A stretch of DNA of 64,000 nucleotides from assembly GCA_905178155.1 (NCBI GenBank), contig CAJINV010000008.1, positions 3,522,013 through 3,586,012 of the forward strand, given 5' to 3'. The stretch is from Amoebophrya sp. A120. Lineage: Eukaryota; Protista; Dinoflagellata. This document shows, in pieces, positions 26,010-38,500 of this stretch. Position numbers and translations under genes: made by a program. The notes beneath the pieces were generated by a model. It saw nothing but the letters and a program-made list of their open reading frames with translations, had not been told where the DNA came from and did not search any database. How positions within the stretch are numbered: the stretch's first letter is position 1; each line of letters opens with the position of its first letter.

Positions 26010-29000
26010 ATGTCAGACAGTGAGGATCTTTTGATCAAGCGGCGGCAGAAGCGCCGTCGCGTTGTGGCCGACAGCGAGGACGAGGACGAGGATCTTCCGC
26101 CTGCACCTCGACCAGCGAAAAACGACGCGCAAGAGGTACACCAGCACCATCCAGACCGACTACCGACCCCCGGCAATGGTACTAGAAGTGCTGCGCTAGA
26201 CGCGCCGGCTAGTTCCAGCACCGCTAGCAGTAGAAGTTGTACGACTACTACAACCCTCGCCGCGGCAGGGGCAGCTGCAGGAGCCCCTCCTGGGGGTAAT
26301 TGCACGAGTAGAGGAGCATCAAGTTCCAACCTGCAATTCGCTGCACAAGACATGAGAATAGAGCATCAATCGGTACAACTATCGCCTCCGTCGCTGTTGG
26401 GCCAGGGGCTAACGAACCTCCTTGCGGGGTTGGAGGGACCCCCGCCGGAAGAGGCAATGGCAGCAGCGCCGTCCTCCTCGTCGTCGGGGCCAATGGTTGA
26501 TATGATAAGACCTGTTGCACCAGCTCCAGCAGCCGCCGGGGGCCAAGTCTCGTTTCCGCCAGAATCTTCTGCAGCACGACTACAGCAAGAAAATGCAGCC
26601 ACTGTTCCACATCAACAAGCACAAAACGGCACACTAATACATGGAATGGTAAATAAGGGAAAAGGTAAAGGAAAAGTGAATGGCCAGGTAGTTGTACAAC
26701 AACGAAATGGAAATTTTCAAGTTCCCGGAGATCGTGGAGCACAGTATCAAGCAGCTCTACAACTTCAGCAGCAGCAGCAGCAAGTTCCTGTGCAAACAAG
26801 TGGCCGAGCAGGACCTCGACTCACCCAGCAGCAGATGCTGGAGCAGCGACAGAGGCAGCAGCAACTGCTGCTCGCCCAGCAGCAGCAATTTGCGCAGCAC
26901 CAGCTGGCGTTGCGGCGGCAGCAACAAGTCGCAGCTTCTGGGTCAGGACGACCCCACGTTCATCATTTTGCACCAGACCCAGTGCACCAGCTGGCCGCCC
27001 CCGCGCCCGCTGCTCCCGGTGGCCAGAAGAGGAAGAAGCGAAAACAGCAAGCGAACCACGGTTCCGACGATGAGTATTCCCCTCCCTCGGCCTCCTCCTC
27101 CGACGAAGAGGACCCAGAGTACGACAGCCGCGCGGTGCGAAAACAGCGCAAACAGCAGCAGAAGCAGGAGCAGGAGGCGAAGTCGTGGCAGGCGAGTGTG
27201 GACAAGATGCGCAAGACGGCGAGCCACGTGGTCTTCTTGGTGCAGAAGGAATTTGCGAAAACCCAAAGCATCCACGGCTTCGCGCGGGTGAAAAAGGCGA
27301 TCGCGAAGGGGCGCACGAATTTGGTAGAAAATTGCAACGACGCGGGGTTCGTGACCCAGAACAAGATTTCACTTGTTCCGACGACCAGTGCTGGCAACAC
27401 AACTGGAACGACGAGTAATGGGGCATCTTCAAGTACTGCTACTGCTGGTGGTGCACCCTCCACCTCGCTTCACGACCCAGGAGCATCTTTAACGACGGGT
27501 ACAACATCTGCAAACACGAGCTACGGCAAGTTGAAGGACTACCAGAAGGTGGGCGTCCGCTGGCTCACGACGCTGACGAACGCCGGCTACGGCGGCATCT
27601 TGGCGGACGAGATGGGGCTGGGCAAAACCGCCCAGATTCTCACCTTTCTGGAGCTCCAGAAGTTCCGCCAGGGGCCGCGCATGGGCCCCATCCTCGTGTG
27701 CGCGCCGATGTCGCTCCTGCGAAACTGGGAATTGGAGGCGGAAAAGTGGACCGGCATGCGGGTCTTCCGCTACCACAGCTCCAGCCAGAAGGAACGGTGG
27801 CAGCAGGCCGCGGAGTACATTCGGGAGGTGAACAACCACATTCGGCAACACGGTGAGGACGCGGGGAATCTGTACGACATCATTCTGACCACCCAACACG
27901 TGCTGGCGAGTCGCGAGGACCGGAAGGCCTTCCTGATGCAGCTGCGCTTTTCCTACTTCGTCACGGACGAGGCGCACTTTTTGAAGACCACGAACACGAA
28001 GCGGGTCCAGGAGATGCACAAGATCAAGGCGGAGAAGCGGATCCTGCTGACCGGCACCCCGATCCAGAACAGCCTGAACGAGCTGTGCAACCTGCTCTGG
28101 TTCTGCATGCCCAGCGTTTTTTCCGCCTTGACCGAGCTGGACACCGCGAAAGACAAGAAACTCAAGCTCAACTGGCTGCAGAACCTCTCCTCCGCCTTTC
28201 TCCTCCGCCGGCTGAAGAGCGACGTGCTGAAGGATTTGCCGAACAAAAAGGTGTTGGTGTTCGCGACCGACCTGACGGCGTCGCAGAAGCTGCTGTATCA
28301 GAAGGAGATCGCGGAGTTCCAGGGCAGCAGCGGGTCCGTGGTCTACAGCTACGGCACAACAACCTCGAGCGTAGCTTCCGCCTCCTCCTCCAGCGCTTGT
28401 AGTTCTGCCCTGCTGTCTCCCCCCGCGGACACCGCGAGCTTGAGCTCCAGTGCGAGCAGCGCGAGCAGCTCGCTGGTGAAGCCAGCACATCACCACCGGG
28501 GCGTGACCACCCGGAGCGCGCGACAGAAGATCGCTGCGAATATTAAAGCGACATCAACGAGCTCTAATACAGCAGCCATCTCGACGACGTCCGGGAAGCA
28601 CCTGCTGCCGTTGGGCAAGCAGAACCAGCTGGACAAGGGCACCGCGACGGCCTTCAAAAACATCTACTCGCGGCTCCGCCGGATCTGCGGCGCGCCGCTG
28701 CTGGCGCAGACCAAGTTCACGGAGCAGCAGTACACCGAGCTGGCGCAGTTGCTGCTACCCAAACGGGACGACTTCCTCAAAGCTGGGTTGCAGAAGATCG
28801 AGAAGCAGGTGCGCCAGTGGTCGGACTTCGAGGTGCACAACGCGGCGAAGTGCTTTTACCTGCCCTACCCGTACCGCGCGACCGCGGAGGAGATATGCGC
28901 CGGCGGGAAGATGCAGGCCTTGCTGGCGCTGCTCGAGGAGCGGCAACAGGAGAAAACGTTGGTGTTCTCCCAGTACACGCAGTATCTCGACGTGATCGAG

Positions 29001-30329
29001 GAGGCCCTGCTGCTCAAGGGGTTCAATTACGTGCGGCTCGACGGGTCCACGGCCAGTGAAGACCGCCAGCAACTCGTGGAAGATTTTTCGACATCTGCTA
29101 CTGCGCACGCTCCTCAAGATGGAGAACTTCCGGCGGACAAGGGGAACGACCTCGGCGGGGCGGCGGCGCAACTACAACAACCAGGACCCGTCGGAGCCGC
29201 TGCGGCAGTAGTACCGGTGGTCAATGCACCAGAGAAGAAACCAGTGCAGGTGTTCCTCCTGTCTACCAAGGCGGGCGGGGTCGGGTTGAACCTCGTTGCG
29301 GCCGACATGGTCGTGTTGATGGACATGGACTACAACCCGCAGAACAATTATGGGAGTGTCAGGATTGAAATCGTCAGCGTTGAAATAGTTTGTCATGCAT
29401 AAAATGCATGACCCGAGGCACGTGTGTTGCAGAGCAGACAAGTGAGGCCGATTGTAAGCCTGTTTGGGGTTATAGCTCGAGCTGCTAAAGTAGCATGAGA
29501 AAATCGCTCTTCTTTGCCTAAACAGCATGACAAAGTGGATTTAGGGACCACCGAAATTTGTCTTGCGCCACTTGGAAACTGGGCCCCAACTGGCCTTCAT
29601 TTTATGCATGACAAATTATTTCAACTTTGTCGATTTCAACTCTGACACATCCATAACAATCGGCAGGCCGAAGACCGGGTGCACCGCATGGGCCAGCAGC
29701 GCGACGTCACGATCGTTTACATGCTCACGTTGAAAACCATCGAGGAAAAAGTTTTGGAAATCAACCTGCGCAAAATGAAGCTGGACGCTGCTTTTGGTGG
29801 GGTCAATGCGCTCGCCAAAGCCGCGGAGGGGATCAGCACCGAGCCTGGAAGTAGTAGTGGTACCACGACGATGTTGAAAACATCGAATTATAACGGGAGC
29901 AGTGCTGTTGACCCAACAGCGGGCGGGGCCCCATGTCCAGGCGGAGCTGGACGTCATCTAGCAACACCCGGAACACGACCTCAGCACATCAACGATCCTA
30001 CTCTTGGTCATCTCGTCGTCCCTCATCGTCACACGACGGACAGCCCTGCTCAGGAAGCTGCGGGGGCTGTCGTCCCATCTTCCTCGCAAATAGCACAGCA
30101 TCCCCGTAGTGGGCCACAGTCTACTGTGCAGCTGCCCGGTGCATCCCCAGTTTCCCCGCGGGTCGAGGACGATCGCGCACCAGAAGACGTGGAAAAGGAG
30201 AGCCTGCTGGAGCTCAAAAACTCGTTCGCGGTTCTCGATGAGAGCGGTCGCGGCGAGGAGGTCTTGAAGGAGGAAGCAGCGTCGTGCAAGGTCGCCTTCG
30301 TGTCCTCAGTAAAGGACTTGCTGGGATGA
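26010..30329 (+). CDS. SMARCAD1: SNF2-family chromatin remodelling ATPase, SMARCAD1/Fun30-like
   Basis: LKDYQKVGVRWL, GGILADEMGLGKT, DEAH, LLTGTPIQN, FLLRRLKSDV, SDFEVH, LVFSQY, FLLSTKAGGVGLNL. IE removal gives MDYNPQNNRQAEDRVHRMGQ (motif VI). Confidence 0.85.
29349..29655. mobile_element. Introner element, family B (opposite orientation to 12833)
   Basis: TATGGGAGTGTCAG...CTGACACATCCATA; perfect DR acaat; interrupts the helicase just before motif VI. Confidence 0.92.
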
Positions 30330-31074
30330 GGAAGCAGGTCGTTCAGTAGTATTTTTCTACTTTCTTACCCCCATAGACACAGACAGAGTTAGTGTTAGAT
30401 TCAGATTGAGACATCAAAGTATGTACCCTGCCGGACCAACGAGTGGCTCTAGGATTTGTCATGCTGGAATGACAGTAATATGAAATATGGACGACGATGA
30501 AGATGCAGGGTCTATTCGTTCCATTTCTATATTCTATTCAGCCCTTGAATCTTTTTGCAACAACCAGGCAAAATCAATGAACGAGATGTGTCCGATGCAA
30601 CAGATTAAAAAGGTCAAATTCATCAAAGTCGCGCAATCAAAACATACACACAGAAATCGAAAATGGATTGCGTGTGGTCTTGTCACGGCGGAGAAGTAGA
30701 CGCCCCGCATCTTCCATTGCTTGCTTGTATATAAACAAGTTGTCGGGCTCGAGTCTGCGCGAACGAAGGACAAGGATCAATAATGGCAAGCCCGCCTCAC
30801 GTAGGGTAGCAAGCTTACAGGTCCGTAGTTGGCAGTCCGTTCACTTGCTCACTTTTCAAAGATCTTGATCCAAACCGATCAAAATTGCAAATGAGCTGTA
30901 GAGGGTTCTCTTGAAAAAGGTTCGACGCCGTGGACTCGATGTGCTTGAAAATCGAATAAAAACAATGCCACCTTGTCCCGTTCAGCTAACGAGAGCATTT
31001 TTGCGGGATCTGAATCTAGAACGACGCAAAGATCCCCGGCAAGTAGAGATGACGTTCCTGTATAGAAGTTGTAA

Positions 31075-31579
31075 GAACAAGGTAACAAGGAACCTAGACG
31101 TGACCGGGGGGGTCACGTCCGTCCGGCCGGCCGGACGGACGGCACGTGACGTGACCGGGGGTCGGTCGTGGTGGAGGAGGTGGAGGTGGCTGCGGTGGAC
31201 CGCGCGGCCGGGCAACTAAAAAAAAAAAAAAAGGTCATGAGCTCGGCACTTCACTGAAGAACTGCCTTCTTCGTCACGCTCCGCCCCCGGTCACGCGGCC
31301 GGGGGGTGTCAGCTACCTAGCTCGGGCGCCCAACTAAAAAAAAAAGGTCATGAGTTCGGTCTTTCACGGAAAAACGGAAAAAGGCGCGGCTCTTGCCGCT
31401 GGTCCGCCGTCGGTGACGCGGCCGGGGACTTCTAGCTACCGAGGGCCACAGTTGCTGCGGCATTCAGGAGCGCCGAACTCGCCCCGAGGCCGGACTGCCC
31501 CCGGTCACGTGCCGTCCGTCCGGCCGGACGGACGGACGTGACCCCCCCGGTCACGTCTAAGTTCCTTGTTACCCTGTTC
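31075..31579. mobile_element. Intergenic MITE, PIF/Harbinger (Tourist)-like
   Basis: Long TIR GAACAAGGTAACAAGGAACCTAGACGTGACCGGGGGGTCACGTCCGTCC... mirrored at the right end; flanked by TAA on both sides (31072-74, 31580-82); internal direct repeats CAACTA(n)GGTCATGAG. Confidence 0.8.
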
Positions 31580-31938
31580 TAAGGATGTAGTGATAACCTT
31601 GCTCGAAAGTCATCGAAAAAAAATGGTACTCAGACGTACTTATCATTCTCGGCGCCACGGAATTTGTCCTTATTTTCTTCACTAAAAAAGAACTACTCAT
31701 ACTCAATCACTCTGCTTCTTTTTTCAGGTGTACTATTATCAGGACAGGCGCTTTTTCACTGTTTCTAGTACTTTCCTTGGCGGAGTTGTTTGGACTGCAT
31801 TTTAGTATAAAAGGGAAATGTTCTTGTTCTTTCGAATTGGACCCGCGTATGGTTTTTAGTCCCTTTTTCAGCGACATTTTTTTTTACCGTCTGTTGCAAT
31901 AAAGTACCGATCGAAAAGAGCAGAAAATTTATAGCACC

Positions 31939-33952
31939 ATGGTATCCACCACCACCTTGCAGCTCGGTTCAGCCTCCACGACAAGGACCGCGGATCATGT
32001 TGGCTCCTCTACGACTGCGGCAACCGGTCGTGCTAACAGTGGTACAACGACCTCCACGGCGCTGAATTTCACAACCAGTCGGAAGATGGACAGCATCCGG
32101 AAAATTAGTGCGATGTTCGACGACTTGATTAACATGATTCCGCCACGGTACTACCTCAACGATGAGGAAAATTGGAGACAACTACCAAGCGTTGATGACG
32201 CCACGCCGACCACCGAGGTACTTATTTATTTTAGAGTGGTTGATGATACCTACATACTAACTGTGGGGCCGGCCTGAAGATCATGCTGCACATTGACGTG
32301 AACTACACCGGACTCGTCAAGATATTGTTGTGCATAAAGGCAAACCCATGGTGGGGATCATGATCCTGATCGTGCTGGATACTTATCAAAGTAAGTAAAC
32401 AAGAATTTCAAATTGCTGTATCGGCATGATGAAAACGCATCGCAACTTTCTTCATCGTTTAGGTTGTCTGATCTAGATGACTGAAAAAACGAGCGGCGTC
32501 CTTTCTGACGAACACATCGCGACAAAGTCAACATTGATTAATGCAGGAAATAAAAGAAGTAAATGCATTTAAACTTTAAAAAAAACCACAAAGGGGTTTA
32601 CGTTTACCCTTCAAACGTTGTAAATCACTTGAAAACATCAATCACGATCATCTCTTGTTCATCCAGGTTATCCACAAGCTCGCGCAGCAGCGGTTGAGCC
32701 AGCGGGGGAAAGCGAAGAACAAGAAGCAGAAAGGCAGTAATGGTTCGCAAAACAAACCGCAATCGCAATCGGAACTGCGGGCGAAGATGCAAGAGAAAAT
32801 TGCGCAGATGCAGGCGCAAAGGAAGGAGGAGCAGCGGCAAAGGGACTTGAAGAAGAAGGCGGTCAAGAAGGACAACGACAAGAAAGCGGACAAGATAAAG
32901 AAAGGTACAACATCTACCGACGAACAGCGAGGAACGACGGAGCCTACTACTCTACACAGTTCAAGAACAACTCACAACAATAAAGACGCTACTTCGACGC
33001 AAACGGCCAGCATCAGCAACAAGGATAAAACTCTAACCGGAGCTGCAGTTGTAGACCACGGGGCTCTTGCAGCAAAAGATGCAAAACGAACCGGAGCAGC
33101 TGCAACAGCAACTTGCTCCAAGGACCGCGACGACGTCGATCTCAATGAGGAGGACACCGCCGTCGGCGACCTGGATTTCGGGAATGTCAAGACAGAAAAA
33201 GCCAAGCTTTCGACCGAGTACGAGGAGAACAAAAAGGGCTCCAAGTGGAAGAAAATCGACAAGGCGGTGCGGGACGAGGAGCGGAAGCAGAAGAAACTGG
33301 AGAAACTGGACGACGCGACCCGGAAAGAGCTGGAGCAGCGGGAAAAGATGGACGTGGCGCTGAAGCGCGCCATGGGGGAAAAGGTGAAAACGGTGGACAA
33401 TGTATCCTGATTAAAAACGTTGCCACACCAGAGGCAGGAGGGGAAATCTGCTAGACAAATCAACAAGCTTTGGTTGTTTGGCATGGTAGGTTTGTCCTTG
33501 TAGTGTAATCCTGTTTAGCTAGTTCAGAAGCATCACAGATCGAGCATAGCGCTCTGATTCTAGCGTCACAAATTCCAAAACTCGAATAGAAATCGTTGCT
33601 CATAGGGCTCCGCATGAGAAACTTTACTTGCATGCAGAATTACATGACAGCTCTGGGGTGGGGATGTTTTTACACGGGATACAATGCCGCGAAGCTGAAG
33701 AAAACCAAAAAGCATCTCGTCCAGGAGAAGCGGAACAAAGCCTTCGAAAACAAACAGAAACAAGTAATGAAGGAGCAGAAGGGGGAAAATAAAAGCGGTG
33801 GAAAGATGAACAGTGGCAATAAAGGGACCAACCAGAAGGGCGCAGGAAAGAAGGGAAAGGGAGGAAAAAACACCGTCGGTCCGAAGCGACGCGGCGGCTT
33901 CGAGGGCAGCGTGGGGAAAAACACGGTATTGAACAAGGACAGGGATGTGTGA
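31939..33952 (+). CDS. SURF6: SURF6/RRP14 ribosome biogenesis protein
   Basis: N-terminal FDDLINMIPPRYY (RRP14-like), ELRAKMQEKIAQM, MDVALKRAMGEKVKTVDNAAKLKK, C-terminal RRGGFEG. GT-AG intron 32218-32666 plus IE 33403-33681. Confidence 0.85.
33403..33681. mobile_element. Introner element, family C
   Basis: TATCCTGATTAAAAACG...TGTTTTTACACGGGATA; perfect DR caatg. Confidence 0.88.
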
Positions 33953-35076
33953 TGACAAACCGTTCTTGTTAAAAATACCCTTGTCGCTTTAATGTTCTGA
34001 AACCGCAGACCGGTGCCGCACGGCAAGCCGTTCCCGCTACTCCTGCAAATAAAGAGCTATTTTGTAGTTACCAGGAAAGGAAAATCATAACTAGGTGATT
34101 CTGAAATTATTGCAGGAGCAGTTGTGCTGGCCACTTGTCGACGCGCACAGTCACCTCTCTGAAATTATAAAGATTTGTCACGTTTACTAATTTGCGCCGC
34201 ACGAATTACGTGAAAATCTTGACCACGAAGTTGAACCCGAGATAAAACTCGGAGTCTAAAGTAGATTTTATGATCCGTGTTCTGAATTATGCGAGGAACT
34301 ACCACGTTCCTGTCGTCGGTGCCGAGGTCTACGAAAGCAACAAGTAAGAATGTACTGAAAAAGCAAAAGAGCATAGAACCACACGACGTGCAGAAGAATA
34401 TAGAAGTCTGACTGTGGTCACAGTCGGTCCAAGCACCGTCCGCACCGTCGGTAGTAAAGTAAGTACTGCACCACCATCGTCCTCCCTCCTATGAGTCGTC
34501 TCTTAGCTATTTGATGCGACTGAATTTCTCGCAGGAACGAAGGTCAAATTCAACCGTTCGTGTCGTGCAGCACATATTGTCGGTTCGTTCCACGCGATGA
34601 CTTCTGTCTGTAAACGAGGTGCACCAGCACCTTTTCGTGCAACAAATACAGTACGACGACGTTCGGTTCGTGAAGCTCGATTTATCGCTTATGGACTTGT
34701 CTTTGTAGATAGAAGAAGAATTGCCGTACCTAGATCTGCTAGCAGCCTTCGAAATCGTCGTTTCTGCCTTTCACTATTCTCAGGACCCCCTGCACGATCC
34801 TTCCAAACTAGGTTTCTCTGTCTCCTTAATATCTGTAGTCCACCAGTACACTAGCACAAAATATCTGTAATGTATATTACTTAATTTGGTTTGTCATTCA
34901 ACCAAGCTAAGCTAGCTTGCTTGTCAGCCCTTCTCTAGAACATCACCTCTACAACAAGTTACCCACAACTTTTCCTAATATCTTTCCATTCACGACGATG
35001 TCACCAAAGAACCTACTTTCTTTCCCAGATTATTTAGTAATTTACTACGGTGTCGTCCCTGTCCTCACATGCGGAC

Positions 35077-35218
35077 GCGAAATCGTCTCCTCCTCGTCTA
35101 GAAAGTGGATCGTCTGCAGAGCCTTTTTCTGAACAGAAATCCAGCCTGCGAAATCGCCTCCTCCTCGTCTAGAAAGTGGATCGTCTGCAGAGACTTTTTC
35201 TGAACAGAAATCCAGCCT
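35077..35218 (+). repeat. 71-bp tandem duplication
   Basis: GCGAAATCG(T/C)CTCCTCCTCGTCTAGAAAGTGGATCG...AAATCCAGCCT x2 with 2 mismatches. Confidence 0.9.
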
Positions 35219-35511
35219 CCAGGTGTAGTTACGCTTCCTGTAGGCACCAGACAAGCCCGTTCACCGACTCCGTTCGTGAGAAAGCGCAACAAGAAAGAGA
35301 AACTGTGAACTGAAAACGAAGCAAGTGAAATTATCTTCGAGGTGGTTTATGCGTTGACCTGTAGCGAACACCCTACTTCGCGGAGCACCACAGCAAAGCA
35401 GATTTCTCGAAAGGGAGGAGCGAGACAGGACAACGCCTTCCGCGACCTCAACAGAACTTACCGCGTTCCTGTTCTTACCTCTCCTCAGGCAAAAGTAAAG
35501 TCATCAGGAGC

Positions 35512-38500
35512 ATGGGGAAATCAACTCCGGCAAGTCCGGACGACGTTGTGATCGATGTCGCGGCGGCAGGATCTTCCTCCACCACCGGAGCGGATCCAGG
35601 CGCCGGAAAAGCTTCGTATCCACTGCAAAATAGAAGATGTCTGGGTCTGAAAGACGAAGAATGTAGAAATTGCTGATGCAGAAAGTGGAGGCCTTGGCGT
35701 GGCCCCGCGAGGTCAAGAATGCATGGCCTAGCGTTACAGATTTTTTTGCCAGAGCCTTGCCAAGCCCAAGCCTATGCCGCATGATGAGAAGTGCTTTCTT
35801 GTTAGAGCGCGAGAAACCGCACCGTTTTCGCTGCTCATGCAATACAAATAAAATGTTTCGATTTCGTGTATGTGTGAGTTACAGGAAGCATCAGAAATTT
35901 TCATTCTTTTTCTCAGAGCCTGACATGATATGTGCAAAAGTGCATACTTTTTCCTCGTCCTCCGCGACCATTGCCGGCGGCGCGAAGGATGCGGTGATGA
36001 AGTTTGGGTCCTTCGGCAAGTCCGTGACGAAGTCTGCGCTCCCGCCGGTGGATGCCGCGGGTGGGGCCAAGGACGCGGTGTCGAAACTGGGGTCGCTGGG
36101 GAAATCGATGACCAAGTCCGCCTATCAAATGCAAAAATGTCTGGGTCTGGAAGGTTGGAACTTGTCATGCTAAATCTGAATCAGTATCAGGCAAAAAACT
36201 GTGTTGTATGATTGTCAAAAGTTGTGCACTTTTGACCTAATCGAGAGGCAGTTTCATTCTCATGCAGGATAGGCATGAGAAAGGTCTCGCAGAATCTGTC
36301 ATGCTATGTCCTACATACTACACCTCATGGGTCGTGGAAAACCTGCATGCCAAATCTCACAATCTTCCAGACCCAGACACTTTTGCATTTGATACCGCAC
36401 TGCCGCCGATCAAGCTGGGCAAGGCGAAGTCCAACATGGAGGGAGAGGGGGAAGCCACGGGTGACGGCAACAAGCCGCAGCAGTCCCTGAAGGCGAAGGC
36501 GGCGGCTAAGAAGAAGATGACGGCCGCGTATCGTATTTAAAAACGTCCCCATCCCAGAGTTGTAATGCAAATCTGCATGCTGAGAATGTTTCTCATGCGG
36601 AGCCCCATGAGAAGTATCTTCTAGTCGTGTTTTGGGATTTGTCATGCTCCAATCAGCATGATATACTAGATCTTTAATGCTGCTGAAGTACCTCAAACAG
36701 CACTACACTACGAGTCCAAATTTGTCATGCAAGACACCCAAAACTTGTGAATTTGTCTAGCCGATTCCGCATCTTGCCTATGGGGTGGGGACGTTTTTAG
36801 ATAGGATACCGCGCAGCTCCGGTTCGAGGCGAAGAAGAAGGCCAAGGAGAAGGCCGCGGCGAAGGAGGAAAAGAAGGCCCAGAAGCGGCGGGAAAAGGAG
36901 GCGGCGGCCAGCAGCGCGTCCAAATCGACGCCGAAGTCCGCACCCACCGGATCCACGCCGCAGGAGAGCGGGTTAGAGCTGGCTATCCAGCAGGAAAGCG
37001 AAGTACACCCGTGACACCAGAAAAGGCGGCATAATTCCTCGTGTAGCCAAACACGTCAAGGTCAACTTTGGGACCATGCGGACGAGGAGGCCGCAACATT
37101 TACAAACAATCTGCTGGTGTCATGTAGAACGCAGAATGCACTACCTACGTATATACATAGGAAAATGAAATCACAGTAGAGGTACTAGGAATATTTATGC
37201 TGCTCCTGTGCATGCAAACAGGACTGCTGGATGAAAAACACTGGCTGTGTAGTGTGACGCTTCGAAATAGACAAGCTGCCAAATGAAAAATAGTTTGCAA
37301 TTTTTAATGGCACGTTGTCGGGTGTACTACTTTGCTGTATGATATTCGCCGTTATCCGCGAGGATGAGGAGCTCGCCAGTTCGTCCTCATCAAGCAGCTC
37401 AATGGACAGCGCGCGGTCCGACTCGAAGGACGCGGAACAAGACAGCACGACGCCCGGCGGCTCGAAGAAAAAGAAAAAGAAGGAAAATAAGACCGGAGAG
37501 GACAACGACGACAACGCCTCGGGTTCGGGGTCGAGCTACTCCACCGAGGGCAGCAAGTATCCAACGAAAAAAGTGTTACAGTTACACATTTGTAGTCAAT
37601 TCAGCAACACAAATTTCTCTGCATGAGAGAGAAAAGTTGTAATGCAGAAATCCTACGGGAAAACACCTATGAAACGAGGCGCCTATGCATATCCGGCATG
37701 ACAGAGCTTGTCTGTCTTGCTTGGCCTGCAACACAATGTGTAACTGTAACACTTTTTTCTTGCGATAGCAAGGCCGCGTCCGACGGGCTGTCCGAGGTGG
37801 AGACGGAGTCCGATGACGAGGGCGAGGACGCTATCCTAAGTAAAAACGTACCCACACCAGAGTTGTCATGCAGATTTGCAACGACAGGAACATTTGTAAT
37901 GCGCATCTGCATGAGAGGCATTTCCAGTCGTGTTTTGACATTTGTAATGCTGTAAACACGACGAGGAGATGGGTTTGTCATGCGACTGCACTTGCTAACC
38001 TGCACTACACTGCGGAGTGCAACTTGTCATGCGTGACTCACAAAACTCCTAGGTTTGTGTTGCAAAATCCCCATCCTGACTCTGGTGTGGGTACGTTTTT
38101 ACTCAGGATAGACGCCTTCGCAGAGCTGGACGCGCACTACCGCCCATACTTCTCAGTTCTGTTCCCCATATCGCAAATCATTATCTTCCACGTCACCAAC
38201 GACATAGACGGCATCGACAGCGGGCCCAACGCGTTCTACACCTGCGCCGCGGATCCGGCCTACTGCACCAACTGGATCAAAAACCTAGGACAGGAGTGGT
38301 GGATCGATTCCAGCTGCGACATAGACAAGGCCCGCAACGTATGCTAGCGTCAACAGTTAGAAATCGTCTCCATCGTGGAGGAGAAGACGACCTTGGTGTC
38401 ATGCGAAGGGAACAATATTAAAATGGATCTCAGTTCTTGGACCACAAACAATTTCTAGTATTCAAGGGGCGCATGACAAATCTTTGGAACAACACCTAAA

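Noticed and set aside
27489-28496. Long minus-strand ORFs (also 48671-50032, 50496-51359, 59935-60588)
   Set aside because: Antisense shadows of high-GC3 + strand genes.
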